DNA of 64,000 nucleotides from Camelus ferus (lineage: Eukaryota): the NCBI RefSeq assembly GCF_009834535.1, contig NC_045707.1, forward strand, positions 48,982,001-49,046,000, in the 5' to 3' direction. The notes beneath the pieces are model-generated. The model was given only the letters and a program-made list of their open reading frames with translations. It searched no databases and was not told the origin of the DNA. The position numbers and the translations under genes are program-made. Below, in pieces: positions 40,200-54,215 of the stretch. Numbering within the stretch: position 1 is the stretch's first letter; each line of letters starts with the position of its first letter.

Positions 40200-41747
40200 A
40201 TCTGGACATCTCATTTATCTCAAGCAATGAACAGAAGAAGGTCCCCAATAAATACTTGTAAACTGGCAAGTGCTTCTTTAAAATTAATGATATCTCCATA
40301 GAGAAATAAAATCTTTTGCCAGAGTTCAACCTAACAATCTAATTTTAGAAAAAATCATACTTATCTTCAGAAGGTTTTGTATTATTTAGTATATTGATGA
40401 CATCAAAATATTTTGACATGCCTTCAGAGACTTAAATGTAATTTTGATGCATGATGAGCAAAATTAGGTGATAGTTTAATTAAGATTATGTTAATAAGTT
40501 TTTCCTTCCTAATACTCTGATTTGAAATGCTTTAGTATATTTGTTCTTAGTTTTATTTTAGCCTTAAATTTTCTAACATTTGTAAAGCTTATACAAATAT
40601 CACTAGCATTTACTTTGAGATTTTCTAGAATTCCTGTAAAATAGACTTTGATTTTTTATTTACATTAGAACTATAATCTGTAGAGAAAAATGACCCAGTG
40701 TTTACAAAATTAGAACTAGTTCATGGGAATATTTTCAAACCATGAATTTTTCAATTTGCTAATAAAAAAGGTCACAAGACAGAAATATACCTATTTCTTC
40801 CAGTTTGTTTTCCTGTCTCAACAATCACTTTCTAAGCATAATGACTGAGAAGAAAGAACACAAGAAGTTGATAAATCCTGATTTTAATACCTATTAAATG
40901 TGATGTTGGGCAATAACTCTGAGTCCCTACACGCAAATCAGTAACAGACACAGCTCACATAGCTGTAAAGCCTGGATGATGGGAGGCATATGAAATGACT
41001 TGTAAATTGCCAAGTGATATAGAAATGGAACTTATTCCTCTTAGGTAACTGAAAAGACACAAAAACATACATGAAAAATGTTCTTGATACTTGCTTTAAT
41101 AAATTAGGATTTCTGGGTTGTAATAATTCCTATTTTTACCATCTATTGAATGCTTTCTCTGGAGCAGCTTTTGTGACAGAGAATATGAAGATGAAAAACA
41201 CACAAACTTTTCCTTCATATAACTGAAAGTTTATGGATAAAAATTGTAGTACAACTAGACATTTAATAAAATTGAGGAAAGTTTCAAAGGTCTAATATCA
41301 GATTGTCTTATTAAGTCTTAAATTAATACTTATAACTAAATCTTGTCATAAGCAAATATAAACTCTTCCCAAATCAATTCTGAGGGTAATGACTAGAGAA
41401 AGAATACTTTTAAATTTCATCATTCTGCAGGTTTCATTTCTGGATGTAATAATGTTTTTCAGAGGCAGCAGTAATTTTACTTGGAAATCTTTGTGAATTT
41501 TTTGTAGATGTGTTATTTATGCAAGTAAATCTAGAAACTTAGAATGTTGATATTTTAAGACTTAATAATGAATTAAGAAAATTGTTTCTTCCCAAATGTG
41601 ATAAAAAATGACAGTGTTTTGTCATTCATTAAACACTTAACTTCTGCAGTTGTTTGGGTGGATGTTTCCTCAAACAGAAAATAACTCAACCATTTACTTA
41701 AATTATAATAATGTATCAACTGTAACAGTTTATTTTGATATCAACCT

Positions 41748-42120
41748 ATATTAATCAGCTTTGGCTGGGTAACAAACAACCCAGTAAATCAAAGTGGTTT
41801 ACATAAACAAGTATCTATTTCTTTCTCATGTTGTATGAAGCCTGTAATTTGTCTGTTGCCTCTGCTATAGGTCTATGGATTTAACTGAAGGTTTTCCCCC
41901 TTAACATTTTATTCTGAGATCCAGTCTAAAGGAACAGCTTCTATCTGGGATATTCTATTCTTGTGGCAGAAGCAAAAGCACAAGATAGACCAAGCAGAAT
42001 TAGTCTGTTTCCATTAAAGCTTTTGTTCATTCATGGTATGCTGTCATATCCACTCAAAAGCCATTAATCAAAGTAAGTCACACAGGCAAGCCTGATACCA
42101 CTGGGCAGGAAAGAAACAAT
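41748..42120 (-). mobile_element. MLT1I/J-like MaLR LTR
   Basis: gtaacaaacaaccc...tatttctttctcatg...ctatctgggatattc...tggcagaagcaaaag...aaagtaagtcacacaggcaagcctga. Confidence 0.75.
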
Positions 42121-42224
42121 ACATTTTCACAAAATCAAAATCTAAAACAAAATCCTACGTGTAGATACAGTAGAACTTATGTCCTCATTTTAAAGATGTA
42201 CAAATTCAAATACACAGTTTAAGG

Positions 42225-42445
42225 GTCAGTGTGGCTTAATAGTTGAGAACATGAGATGTGAGTCAGATCTGAAGCTGATTCCTGGCTCTGCCACTTACTA
42301 GTTGTGTGATCTTTGGCAATGACCTCTTTATCTGTAAAACAGGTGGTAATAACCAATATTTCAGGATTGTTATTAATATTTAATTAGATAAAATACATGA
42401 AGAACCCAGCACAGTATCTAGAACATAGCAATCACCTCCTAAATG
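42225..42445 (+). mobile_element. MIR SINE
   Basis: gagtcagatctg...tcctggctctgccacttactagttgtgtgatcttt...tatctgtaaaacagg...cagcacagtatctagaacatag. Confidence 0.85.
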
Positions 42446-44469
42446 CCACCTTTACTTTCATTGAAATAAACTTCCTAAGTCACTGGTGAGTGAGTGAGAG
42501 GAGCTGTAATGAAATTCAGAATTAGTGCTTTCATTTTGTGTTATTTTATACCATATTCTTTTTTTTAAGTAAATTATTTTAAAATAAATATCATATGACA
42601 GATTTTCTCTTTTACTAACTGGTAGATCTTTTATTAGTGTTTTAATCAACTCCCTTAGACTCGCATTTAGCACATGAAATATTTTCCTTTTTGAATTTAA
42701 ACACTGAATACATTTGCTCTTTATTTGACCTTCATTAAGCAAATGTGGTTTTTTTTTTAAAAAAAGGGTATTTTTAAATAACCTAGTCATGTTTCTCCAA
42801 ACAATAATTTTTTAATATACATTATATAAATCTATTACCTGGTATTAAATTACTCCTTTTTTATGTAACAGTGGATAAAAATACTGTTACACGGGAATCC
42901 AAAGGCACAAGGTCTAAACAAAGCTATAATTAATATAAAATCCAACAATTTGTTAGAAGAACTAGTATGAATAATGTTTACTAAGATTAAAAGCACAATC
43001 ATGTTATAAAATTATTTTGGAAATAGATTTTCTTTCTCATTTATGATGGATATCCAAAATGCCAAAGGAATCAAGTAAAGAATAACCTAATGCAGGAATT
43101 TTTATTTTTCAGTTAAATGGAACTAAAGCACCAACATGATAATATCTCATCATTTTCTTTCCCTGCATTCTCAACGTCAAAATGTTAGTATTGGCATAAA
43201 CAATTAAAGTTGAGATAGACTTTGGACGACTTGCTACAGAGAACTGAAAGAAAATAGAAAGCATCACTTGGCTTCATGTGGGACAATAGATAACCAAACA
43301 AGGCATTTAAAAATAGAAAACCAAACATCAAACAAACAAAAGCCCAGATGATATTTAAAAAAGAAAACAAAACGGCTAAATCTGTTGTTTCTGACCAGAA
43401 AAGCTGATACTATAGTCAAGATGATCAAAAATGTTTTTCCAGCCCACTTGCTTAGATCACTGGCTCCTTATGCACTGTGTGACACAAATATATATATTTA
43501 TAAATCCTCTAACATCTGAAAATCCAACCACTGTCAGAACAACCAGTTGCTGAAATTAGAAATTCTAAAGCAACTATATAAAGAGCCATCCTCAGCATCA
43601 CTTCAGTTGTATGAGAAGTAGAAATATTTGGCAAACAGCATTTAATGAAAAAAAGTCATATAGATTATTGTATGCTTTAAGAGAACAGGGAACCAAGTTG
43701 GTTGGGTTGTATCTTCTCTTAGGCCCCTTGAAACATGAAAATACAGTGAGTCTGTGAATAATGACAGAATTGATTTAGTTGTATATAGGTAGTACTGCTA
43801 AGCATTTTGGATTATGGGAAGTAATATTTACCAGAAGAGCTGAGAACAGAAGTACTTGTGCTGCCAGAATCATAGAGAATTCATAAACTGGTAACTCTTG
43901 TATAAGGTAATTAAATTTGGTACAAGCAGTTGCTACAGAAAATACCATGAAAGAATAGAAATAAAGACTCAAGGTCTTAACCTATCTTTTGATTGAAGTC
44001 TAAGAACTAGGTCTGTGCCATTCCTTATTACCAAATGTAGCTCATGAAAATAGGAAGTCAAACATCAAAGTTGGTTGGCAATCAGGAGTAAAACCATACA
44101 ACTCAATTAATGTATCCAATACTTTATGAAAAAGATGTGTCAATTTCAAGGAAAATCAAGCGCAAGGACCATAAGCCTCATTTTCAGGAAACTTAGAGGA
44201 GGAAATAAGAATATTTCTTTGAACTGCTCCTCCACAGCACCATTCTTTATATTCTATCCTAAAAGTGTAAATTCTTATGTTAATTTGGTAGGATTATGGA
44301 TTAAATAATGTTTCTTTACTATTATTGCAATGTTAAATTTCACAATTAATAAAACTACTGGTTTCCAGATGGACAGTCTTCCTTAGTAAGACCTGGAGCC
44401 TGCTTATCTTCTTCAGTGCCTAAAACAGTACCTATCTGTTCAAATTCCTTACTTGAAATTTTTTCTCTT

Positions 44470-45115
44470 TTAGAAAAAAACTTGTCCTTCTATGTCATAA
44501 AAGAAATAGAATCCATCATATTAACAGTTATCAACTGACCATCCTTGTAATTTATAAATGTACCTACAATATTCCTAAAATGTTTACCTCTTTTTGTCCA
44601 GCTTCTAATGAAAGGGTGTCCCATTTTTCCAAAGCCAACCCACATGCTTGTGTTTTGAATCCATCTCTTCTCCTATCTTTACAAATGTTCATGCTGTCTC
44701 ATATTGTTTTATCAATTATTCCTTCATTCTCTCTTCAATCTCTTCATTTTCCCTTCCTATCACTCTTGTCCCTCAGATTATGAGCATGAACTACGTAACA
44801 AACAAGTAAGTCAAAATCAAACTCAGCCAACCAAATGGAATCCTTTCTAATGACCTCTCAACTGCAAAACCCACTAGATTTTTTGTTGTTGTTGTTGCCT
44901 TTAACTTACTGCACGTTTTGGCTTTTTGGACATTCTCTACTCCCTTGTCTTTTTTATACAACTCTCCTTGTTTTCTTCACAACTTCTGGCAATTCCTATT
45001 TATTTATTCTAAGATTTTGCTGTCTCTATCCATAATGAAAATTAGTTTCCTTGGGCTCTATCCTTAGCCTACTGTAATTCTCATCTACACATTCACTGTG
45101 AGTGAACCTATATCT
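44470..45115 (+). mobile_element. L2 internal ORF2 fragment
   Basis: aaagaaatagaatcc...ccaaagccaacccacatgcttgtgttttgaatccatc (PSTC.LDP-like) ...ctaatgacctc...ccttgggctctatccttagcc. Confidence 0.65.
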
Positions 45116-48100
45116 GTATATTGTTTTTAATCAATGCATTTATGTTTTCCCACAGGTGCCTAAAAACAGAGGGTTAAGATCGTGAATTTGGAAGTCAGAT
45201 AGACAACGAATTAAGCTCTACTTCTTCTACATATAGGCTTCTGAACTCCACCTCTATTCCAGGTTCCAACAGATGTTCCCATTCTGAATCTGCCTTTATC
45301 CTTCTGCCTTGTGTTTAGTATTGTGACTATGCTTGTGTCTGCTCCCAATGCCATTGGACTATGAGAGTATGTGAGGTGGAGACACTTTCAGTGTTCTCCA
45401 ATAAATGACCCAGTAATTAGAATATGTGTGAAGCTGACAACTGGGGCAATCAGCCCTGAATTGATTCATCTTGAGTTGAGTAATATCTCTTCCCTGACTT
45501 TAACTTTACTATAGTGATTTTCAAAAGCTTTTAAAAGATGCTGTAGGTGCTTATTCTAGCATCATGTTGTAATACTGGTAAGGACAGAATTGGATTCTAC
45601 TTTCCTATCATCATTAGCACCACTGTTAATAAACTGGTTTTTTTTTATTCATTAACTTTTAAATTAGAGTCTCTAAAGTGATGTGTTCAAGGAAAATCAT
45701 TAGGGCACTAGAGGAAAAAATACAGATTCTATTTATATTCAGATATTTTATTTAAGATAAAACATAAGAAGTTAACATTACTAATGCTTCACATCCATAT
45801 TAATAGCAGTATGAATATATAATTTGTAGCTGAATGTATTAGTGTATACTAAGCTGTGGGTTCATGAGGCTGCTGCTAGTCAACTTGTGTATGAATTAGA
45901 TATAAACTCCCCTTCCTGCAGGTAGTTACAATCCCACAACAAGGAACATAGCTTGGTGAACAGAGCACTCAGTGTATTTCTACCTTAGTCTCCCCCTTGG
46001 GTACATGCTGTGGTGTGGCATATGACCTATATACATTTATGGGGTGTCCCCGAATTTTCAGAAGCATTTCATTGATGGAGTGATCAATCATTTTCTAGCT
46101 TAGAGCAAATCTTGACAATTTCCAAAGTCATTCTAGATTATAATCTTACAGTTTAAATTTAAAGATTTCAGAGATGATAATGATTTCTAGATAGGCATGG
46201 CATTACTTAACTAGTAAATAAACACAAGTAAATAACGAAAATAGTTTTTTTTAATGCTCATGGCCATAAGAACTCTATTTAGAACTCACTTATAAATTAC
46301 TTAAATTCAAAGAATTTAACATACGGGTATAGTAATGTAATGGATGATAATTTATATTTATTAAGCACTCGTTTTTGCTAGCCACAATTTGAAGTGTTTT
46401 ACATGAATTAAAAATTTCTTTTAGAATAAGGGAGGTATTCTTATTGATGTACAGTTTTCCAGATGTACAGAGTAGGAAAATGAGGTGCCCAACCTTCCCA
46501 AAGAAATATGCTTAATAAAAAGCAGAAGGATTCTACAGATATTTAAAGGGCGATATGAGAAGATGACCTTGACTCATCTTCATGTGACTAGAAGGCTTAA
46601 ATCCCTTAAACAGGGATGTAGTCCATTAGAACTATGCTAGGGTTACCACAAATATAATTGCTTATTATTAGTTCACCATCCATCATCCGTTCATTTATTA
46701 AAAACATACTTATTGAGCACCTACTATGTGCTAGTCACTGCTCAAGGCACTAAGGAAAGAATTATGAAGAAGACACTTTGAATCCGTAAGATTCATGTAC
46801 CTTAGTGGTGGAAGGGTGTCTTAAGAAAAATATTCTTTCCAAAAATAATAAAATAAAAGTCATTTCTCCTCTCTAGTCCTACAATATTGTCTGTTTGGTT
46901 TTTTTTTTTTTTATAATATTTCATGTTCCCTGTGTCATTATTTATATGCCTAGAAGGGCTTTCATATTTTTTAGATCATTTAACTTTCTATAAAAGTTCT
47001 TCAGGGTTAGAAAATGTGAAACTAATGTTATTTTCATACTGATGTACTTGGCTTTTACTATTTTATCCATTCACCTTGTATTATGTCTGGTCCTGTGGAG
47101 TCTTTCAAGTCTTGACTTGGAAGTTCACTTTATATGCTACTGTGCTTGGTTAAAATCAACATGTTGTAACACTAAGCAAAGTGGCTATTGAACACAAAAG
47201 AGAAATGTTTTGAAATGAAAATTTAAATTCCTGTGATGCAATTCAATATCCCATAGTTCTACCTTCTGAATGAATGCATAGACTGATGAGATAAAATAAG
47301 TAGTGATTTTCTTGGTGGACACAATTCTGGCAGCTTCAAATGTGCAGAACATGGATACAAAATGGGAAGTGAACAACAGTAAAAGATACTTAATCAGCAT
47401 CTAAACCAGTGTTTTTATTACAAAAAGCTCATGCATTTTATTTTATAAGTGAAAAGTATAGCCATTTGCAACCTAACGGACAAGTATTTAAAGTTATTGA
47501 AAGTTATTCTACTTAAGGTTAAGTCCTGAGTAGAACTGCAAAAGGTAGAACACTAGAAGCAAAGAGAACAAGGATTAAGGCTCATCAATATAGTTGTGCT
47601 GAGAAGTGAAAGAAGAGAAGAGAGTAACACAAAAATAATGACTACCTAGAAGACAGCCTGGAACCATTAGGTATAGGAGAAACTAACTTTCCACAGCTCA
47701 GTAACTTTGGAGGGCATTAGTGTTCTACATTATAAGATGGTAAGTCCGAATGACCCAGTATTTGTGCACTCTGTCTAAATATTCAAGAAAGTGAGTAATG
47801 TAGACTTCTAATATTAGCAAAGATGTAATCAATTCTCTGTGACATTAATTTAACATTATATAAAATAGATCTAAAATGAAAGTTAGACTTTTTAAAATGA
47901 AGTATTGGTCTGCAAGTTTTGTATGACTATCTTATGCCCTGAGAGTAATTTAACACATATTCCTTAACGTGTTACTCTGCCAAGACGTAAAGTGACCAGG
48001 ACAGCAGCTGCATCTGTGTGTATGTAAGTTCATTATACTGTGATAAGTCAATAGTGTAATTCTTGACAGGAAAAGAGAAAAAATATCATTTTGTTAACAA

Positions 48101-48365
48101 AGTATGGTATGGTCTTTCAAACAACCAGACAATGTGTGTATCTTATAGATCTTTTTGATATGCATAAGTGGATAAATAAAAGTTTTAAGATGAGACCACT
48201 GCATGTCATTAAACCAATAAAAACTAGTTTGGGATATTAACTTTCATAAAGAGAACTCTCTTATGAGATGATTAGATAGAATTTTTGATAAAAAGAATAT
48301 TGACTTATATCAGAGTCCAGCTAACATCCACTAAATGTAAATGCAAGTTATAGATGTCTGGAATA

Positions 48366-48789
48366 CAGGTCTTCCCTACTATCAGGAAGTGGAACATTTC
48401 TATGAAAAATTTTGTAAGCTGAAATGGTATAAAGAGAAGAAGCAATTACCTTGAAACACATCTTGCTAATGGATGCACAAAACAAATCAAGATAAAACAC
48501 AGATGCTCACAGACACAGTTCAAAACTATGGCAGTTTGATGCTGAGATGCTGAGTGTAGTTCCCAAGGAAGGAGCTCGGTGTTGCCTCTACAAAGGCTCA
48601 CAGCAAAACAAACCTGAATGCTATTTTTTGCTCTGTGTGTGTGTGTGTGTGTGTCTGTGTGTGTCTGTGTGTCTGTGTGTAAGTTAAAACCCTCTTTGGA
48701 TTTCTTTCAGTTAGCAAAAACAGGTACTAATGTAGGTCTTAAAAAGCCAAGTAATGTAAAGTAAACTTTCCAGAATTAGGGGATACCTA
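48366..48789 (-). mobile_element. Non-autonomous Tigger (Tigger1a-like, laurasiatherian) DNA transposon
   Basis: Termini caggtcttccc...ggggataccta flanked by TA (48364-48365, 48790-48791); internal cacagatgctcacagacacagttcaaa...gatgctgagatgctgagtgtagttccc. Confidence 0.8.
48634..48680. repeat. Imperfect (TG)n microsatellite inside the Tigger element
   Basis: Directly visible. Confidence 0.95.
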
Positions 48790-49876
48790 TATAGGGAAAT
48801 GTCAAACCATTCTATATTTTATCCTACAATATATTTTCATAGGAGCACAAACTTTTAATACTGAAATCTGATTTTTAAATTTAGTTTACACTCAGAGTCT
48901 CTTTATCTATCACTAAACAAATTGATGCAAACTCTGAACATTAAAACTGGTAGTATCTAACTTCTAACCATTTATTTTAAAGTGAATTATTACTCTATAT
49001 ATCTAGTTTGGAATTTTAATATTTGATATGACTAATTACAAACACTATCACCACCATCCTCCTTCCACTAGCACAATACACTTCTCTGATCCTGCTATTT
49101 TATTTTATTATTAAAATATGTTATTTTGGCAGAATTACTTGGACATTTGAAAGAAAGGCAGAAAATGAGTATTTGATCCCATTGGAGGCATCAGCACTAT
49201 ATATTTCTGAGAAAGAAAGTAATTACAATTACCAAAAAGATTCTTAAGCATACAAAAAATAACATTTTCATAATTCTCCTATTATTAAGAATGACCACTT
49301 TTGCTAAAATTAGGTCTTTGGGTACTTCCTCTTTGTTTCGTGAATTGTCACTACTAGAAAAAAAAAGGATAAAAATTCAAGAATGTTTTAATCATCAGTT
49401 ATGCTACCTAAAAATGTTAAACATATTTTTATTTATTAATCAATTTTGCCTGTAAAATCATTGAAACTTTCATTTTGTAAAACAATTTTAGGGGTTTGCC
49501 AATATAAGTAATGGTATCTGGAGGCTACATAAACACAGTAGGCAGGAGCACTCTAATGGAACAGGTAGTCTTTTTCACAATTCTGCTGGGATAAACCTAT
49601 AAACCACACTATCTTGTTGAAATTTAGCATTTCCTAACACATGCTTCTTTAACTGATTATAAGTAAGTAAAGTTTGTACTCTACCTTAACTGCTACAGAA
49701 AAGCTAGCTCTATTATTAGCTACAGTTAATGAAAAGCCCACATAATTTCCACATGCTTTCCATACTTCTCTAATTGGGTAGTCTCTTATGCTCTCTAATT
49801 AGGTAGTTCCTTGAGTTTCTATCACTAAAGGCATTTCTTTGAATTGAAGCAGTGTTTGAAGTCTTCTGTAAACCAA

Positions 49877-51335
49877 GTCCAATCAAATTCCAGGCAGCTT
49901 TTTGATACTTGCAAGCTAATGCAAAAATGTATATGGAAAGCAAAGAAGTGAGAACAGCTAATATGATTTTTTTTAAAGATAAACGAAGTTGGAGGATTCA
50001 TCTGAGTTTAAGACTTAAATGAGGCTACAGTAATCAAGACAGTGTGGTGTTGGCATAAGAATAGTCAAATAGGTCAATGCAGAAGGGGATAGAGTACAGA
50101 ATTTATAAGGTTATAATAGAAAGCTATTCACAATTTGAATAGTCAGCTGATCCTCTCTGCAATTCATATGCAACAAAGTTAACCTTTACTTTGTAACACA
50201 TAACATGAAACTCAAAGTATATCATAGGCTTAAATCTAGGAGATAAAACTGTAAAACTTCGAGAAGGAAACACAGTAAAAACATGTTTGTGACCTTAGGT
50301 AGGCAAATATTTCATAAATAAGATACAAAAAAGCACAAAAGTTAAAAAAAAAAAGAGAGAGAGAGAGATAGAGAACTGTGATTTCATCAAAATTAAACCT
50401 GCTCTTGGAATACACTGCTAAGAGAATGAAAAGGCAAGTCACAGACTAGAAAAAAATATTGGCAAAAAAAGTCTTCTCTACACAATAAAAAACATGAATC
50501 TAGAATATATAAGGCCTTTTAAGTTATAACAAGAAGACAAAAAATACAACTTAAAAATTGGCAGACATATCTCAACAGGAAATTCCACAGAGAAGATATA
50601 TGGGTAATAAACAATAAGTAACAATGCTCAACATAGTCATAGGTACTCCTGTAAGCACACTAGAAAAGCTGAAACAAGCAAACAAGCAAACAAGCTGATA
50701 ATACGAAGTATTGGTAAGGATGCAGAGCAACTAGAACACCCATACTCTGCGGGAGGAAATGCAAGATGATACAGCCACTTTGGAGAACAGTTTGGCAGTT
50801 TCTTATAAAGCTACAAATACACTTACAATATAACCCAGCTGGGGTATTTATCAAAGATAGGTTATATGTTCACATAAGTAGCTGCATTTCTAACGTTCAC
50901 AGCAAGCTTATTTTTATAATAGCCAAATGCAAGAGACACAAAACTTGTGGGACATCCATAAAATGGAATACCACTTAGCAATGAAAAGGAATGAAAACTC
51001 AACAGAATGGATGAATGTTAAAAGCATTATGCAAAGTGAAATAAGTCAAACACAAAAGTTTATATACTACACGTACATGATATTTGAGAAGAGACAAAAT
51101 TATAGGGATAAAAAACAGATTAATGATTGCTAGAGGCTAAAGTGGGAAAAGGGGGTTAACTGCAAAGAGACTTTTGGAAACTTTTCAGAGTGATGGGATA
51201 TTTCATGTTTTGGTAGTAGTTGCACAATGATATACAACTGCCAACATTCACTAAATTGTACACTTTAAAAGAATGACTTTATCATATGCATAATATACCT
51301 TAATAAACCTGATTAAAAAAACACAAAATAAAAAC
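49877..51335 (+). mobile_element. L1ME-type LINE-1, ORF2 3' end plus 3' UTR
   Basis: caatcaaattccaggcag...gctacagtaatcaagacagtgtggtgttggc; ORF 50766-50978 IQPLWRTVWQFLIKL is the L1 ORF2 C-terminal motif; ends taataaacctgattaaaaaa. Confidence 0.9.
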
Positions 51336-54034
51336 CTTCCCATTTGATTCCATTTCATCCCAAAATATTACTCCCTAGAGTACACACTGGGGCTTAATTA
51401 GACTGGTGTGTCTTAGAGCACTGGAGGCCTACCCAATCTGGAGTACAGTGTAGAATACAAGTGAAGAGGCAATGAATGTTCAATGTAATAAAATAACCTT
51501 TAATATTTAGATCAAAAATATTAAGTAAATATTATTCCCAAGATGTGATAAGAGGTCAGGGGCCACCAATCTGAAGATAATATGTGAAAATGTTCAATGC
51601 CAAATGGGGAAGCACAAAGCTAGGGTACCAGGCAATCATTATTAAGTAACTGATTGCATGATAAAACTGCAGGTGATAAAGTTGCAGGTGTGCTGGCAAA
51701 GATTAAAACTGTAGTTAAAAGAAAAAAAATCAGTATAATAGTACTAAGTAGTAGACACAAGCATGCAATCATTATCTGTTTGTTTTTTGCTTTTTACTTG
51801 CTAGCTATCACCGTGCTGGGGTCAAGGGCTAGGAGAGAGTAAATCATACAGTAAATATGATCTGATATAAAGAGTGGGTCAAGAAATCTCTAGAGAAAGG
51901 GACTCGGCCATGAGAGCTACAGTGGCTTAAAGGAGGTCTAAGAGAGAAGAAGGGAAGACTAAAGATGTTTTCATTGGGGGAGCAGCACACATTTATGAAG
52001 ATAAATGTGGGAAAAGGGACTCATTAACTTCACTTCATTACTTCATGCCTTATGTTTTCATTATTAAAGACACATTAAAATTTTGAAATAATAATTCTGG
52101 AGCACATTAATTTAGATGCACCATGTTTACCTCTATCCCTATAGCTATCTAACTGAAGAGAGGTGTATATGCCACAGTTTTAACATAAAACCTTGTATTT
52201 TAGGAGTTATTTTTATTCTGTAATGTAAAATGTCTGACTCCTTAAAAACAAAACAACAGCGAAGAAAAACCTAGGATAATTACTGTCAGTTTGTAAAAGA
52301 TTATCCTATGTTCATGAAATATTGTCTGTTCTTGAATTTTCTCAACTATTATGTCAAAAAATTTTTTAAAAATTATATATTCTATTATAACAATTAAAAT
52401 ATGTTGTATGAGATTGAGAGCCCCCAAATTATAAAATTATATGGTAAGTTAGTAAAATATCATAGTCAATATTAAATTCAGGACAACCTAAAACAAACTT
52501 GTTTTCCTCTCCCAACAAATCCTTTTGCTACTTGTTTCCATGAACATCTCTACTTACAGTAAATTTCTTAAAAATTAAATAAAAATATTTAAACAGTTTC
52601 TAATTAAATAACATACTAACAGGCTGCAATTCTGACTCTATATTGAGAAGTTTTATTTTTAATTCTGAAACTGCTAATGAGGAGTTGGGTTATAGGTAAA
52701 ATAAGTCCCATGAGCTCAGCTTTTTCACAGTAAAATATATCAAGAAGTCCAGATCCAAGATCAGGTTAATATGCTAAGATCAGAAATACTAAAATAAAGC
52801 TAGAATGAGGAGAAAATAGCAAAGCAGAAATAAGCTCTAAAGGTCTGATAAATGGAGCCAGTAAAGTACAGCATAGGATAAGATATGCATAGTTCCAAAG
52901 CAACCTTGGATTGCAGTCTGACCCTGACTGTAGCGTTAATTCCTGTATTTTCTGCCTGAGTGCCTCCTAACTAAACTTCAACATATTTCTTTTTTTTTTT
53001 CCTACTGCTGTCTCCTGCCTTCTTCCTCTTCATTCCTTCCTTTCTTTCTTCTTCCTTCTTTCCTTCCTTCCTATCCTTATTCAACAAGTATTTAATGAGC
53101 AATTGCTATGTGTTAGGAGCTAGACACATGTTAAGCATTAAGTTATTTTAATATTAATAATGCATTATTTTATTTAACAAAATGTTATCTAGCAATAGGG
53201 AGTTTGTATTATTCTAAAATAGTGTTATTATTTTTCTCATTACAACTATATTTGCATATAATTTGTACAAGTTATCACGAAGTAATCAATGGTTTCATTT
53301 ATTTGATTTTTTTCAATTAATTGCTTGAAAATTTCTACTTGCATAATTTTCAGAAGGTGCAATATTCTACTTTTGAGCCTTTCTTCTTCCATAAACTGTC
53401 CAAGAACCTAAACACACACTGTGTTTATGTGGAATCTGTCCTGTGTCTGATGCCTGGAATAGAGGTGAGTGAATATTTGAAGCCATGGCTTCCCTGACAT
53501 ATTATTGCCATCTAAATAGTGGAGGTAGCACTGTAGAGACGGAACTGTGTCCTCACTGAAAAGATAATTAAAAGGTCTTGGGATACAAATCACACAGATC
53601 GCCTAGGTCAGACTTTCTATCATCTATGCCCCTAGAACTCCTATTTCTAGTGTTCACAGACAGTTACCTCCTGTGGCTCCATGGTTGTAGTGTCATCCTC
53701 ACTCACTTTATGATGTCATTATGTATAGAGAGAATAAAAGTAATTTAGTTATTCCTCAGGAAGGTTGGTCAAAATTTGATTTTTAAAAATTTATTGACGA
53801 TTTAGAAAAGTTTCAGCTTCTGAGTTCTGCTATTGACTGGCTGGTGAAAGCATGTTAGCAATAATTTAACTATACATGGATATGCTGTACACCACATAAA
53901 TATACCCTCCTCTGCCAAACTCAGCTTCTCCTTACCAGATCTCCATAATACTCTGCCCTACTCCAAAGTATTTCTTCCATCCCCCCACAAACCCCAAACT
54001 CCCCACACTTGAGGAGACTCTAACTAAAAGTCAC

Positions 54035-54215
54035 AAAAGAAAGAGATGATCATTTAGCCAATTGTGGTTAAATTCCTTCACATCATGTAAATTTACCAAA
54101 ACATGTGAGTTCCAGGTGAACAAATTGCTAGGGTCTTTCCAGGGCTTGGAAAGGGCCTTTGCAAAAGTGGAGTTTTGAAGCTTAAATTTCTTTCTCTTCA
54201 TAATACACCTGCTTT
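54035..54215 (-). mobile_element. hAT-Tip100-type fragment (MER115/Zaphod-like)
   Basis: caattgtggttaaa...aatttaccaaaacatgtga...gtgaacaaattgctaggg...ccagggcttggaaagggcc...tgaagcttaa; family uncertain. Confidence 0.5.

Noticed and set aside
50766..51133. ORFs with protein-like motifs (QPLWRTVWQFL; MEYHLAMKRNE)
   Set aside because: Decayed L1 ORF2 C-terminus, not host genes.
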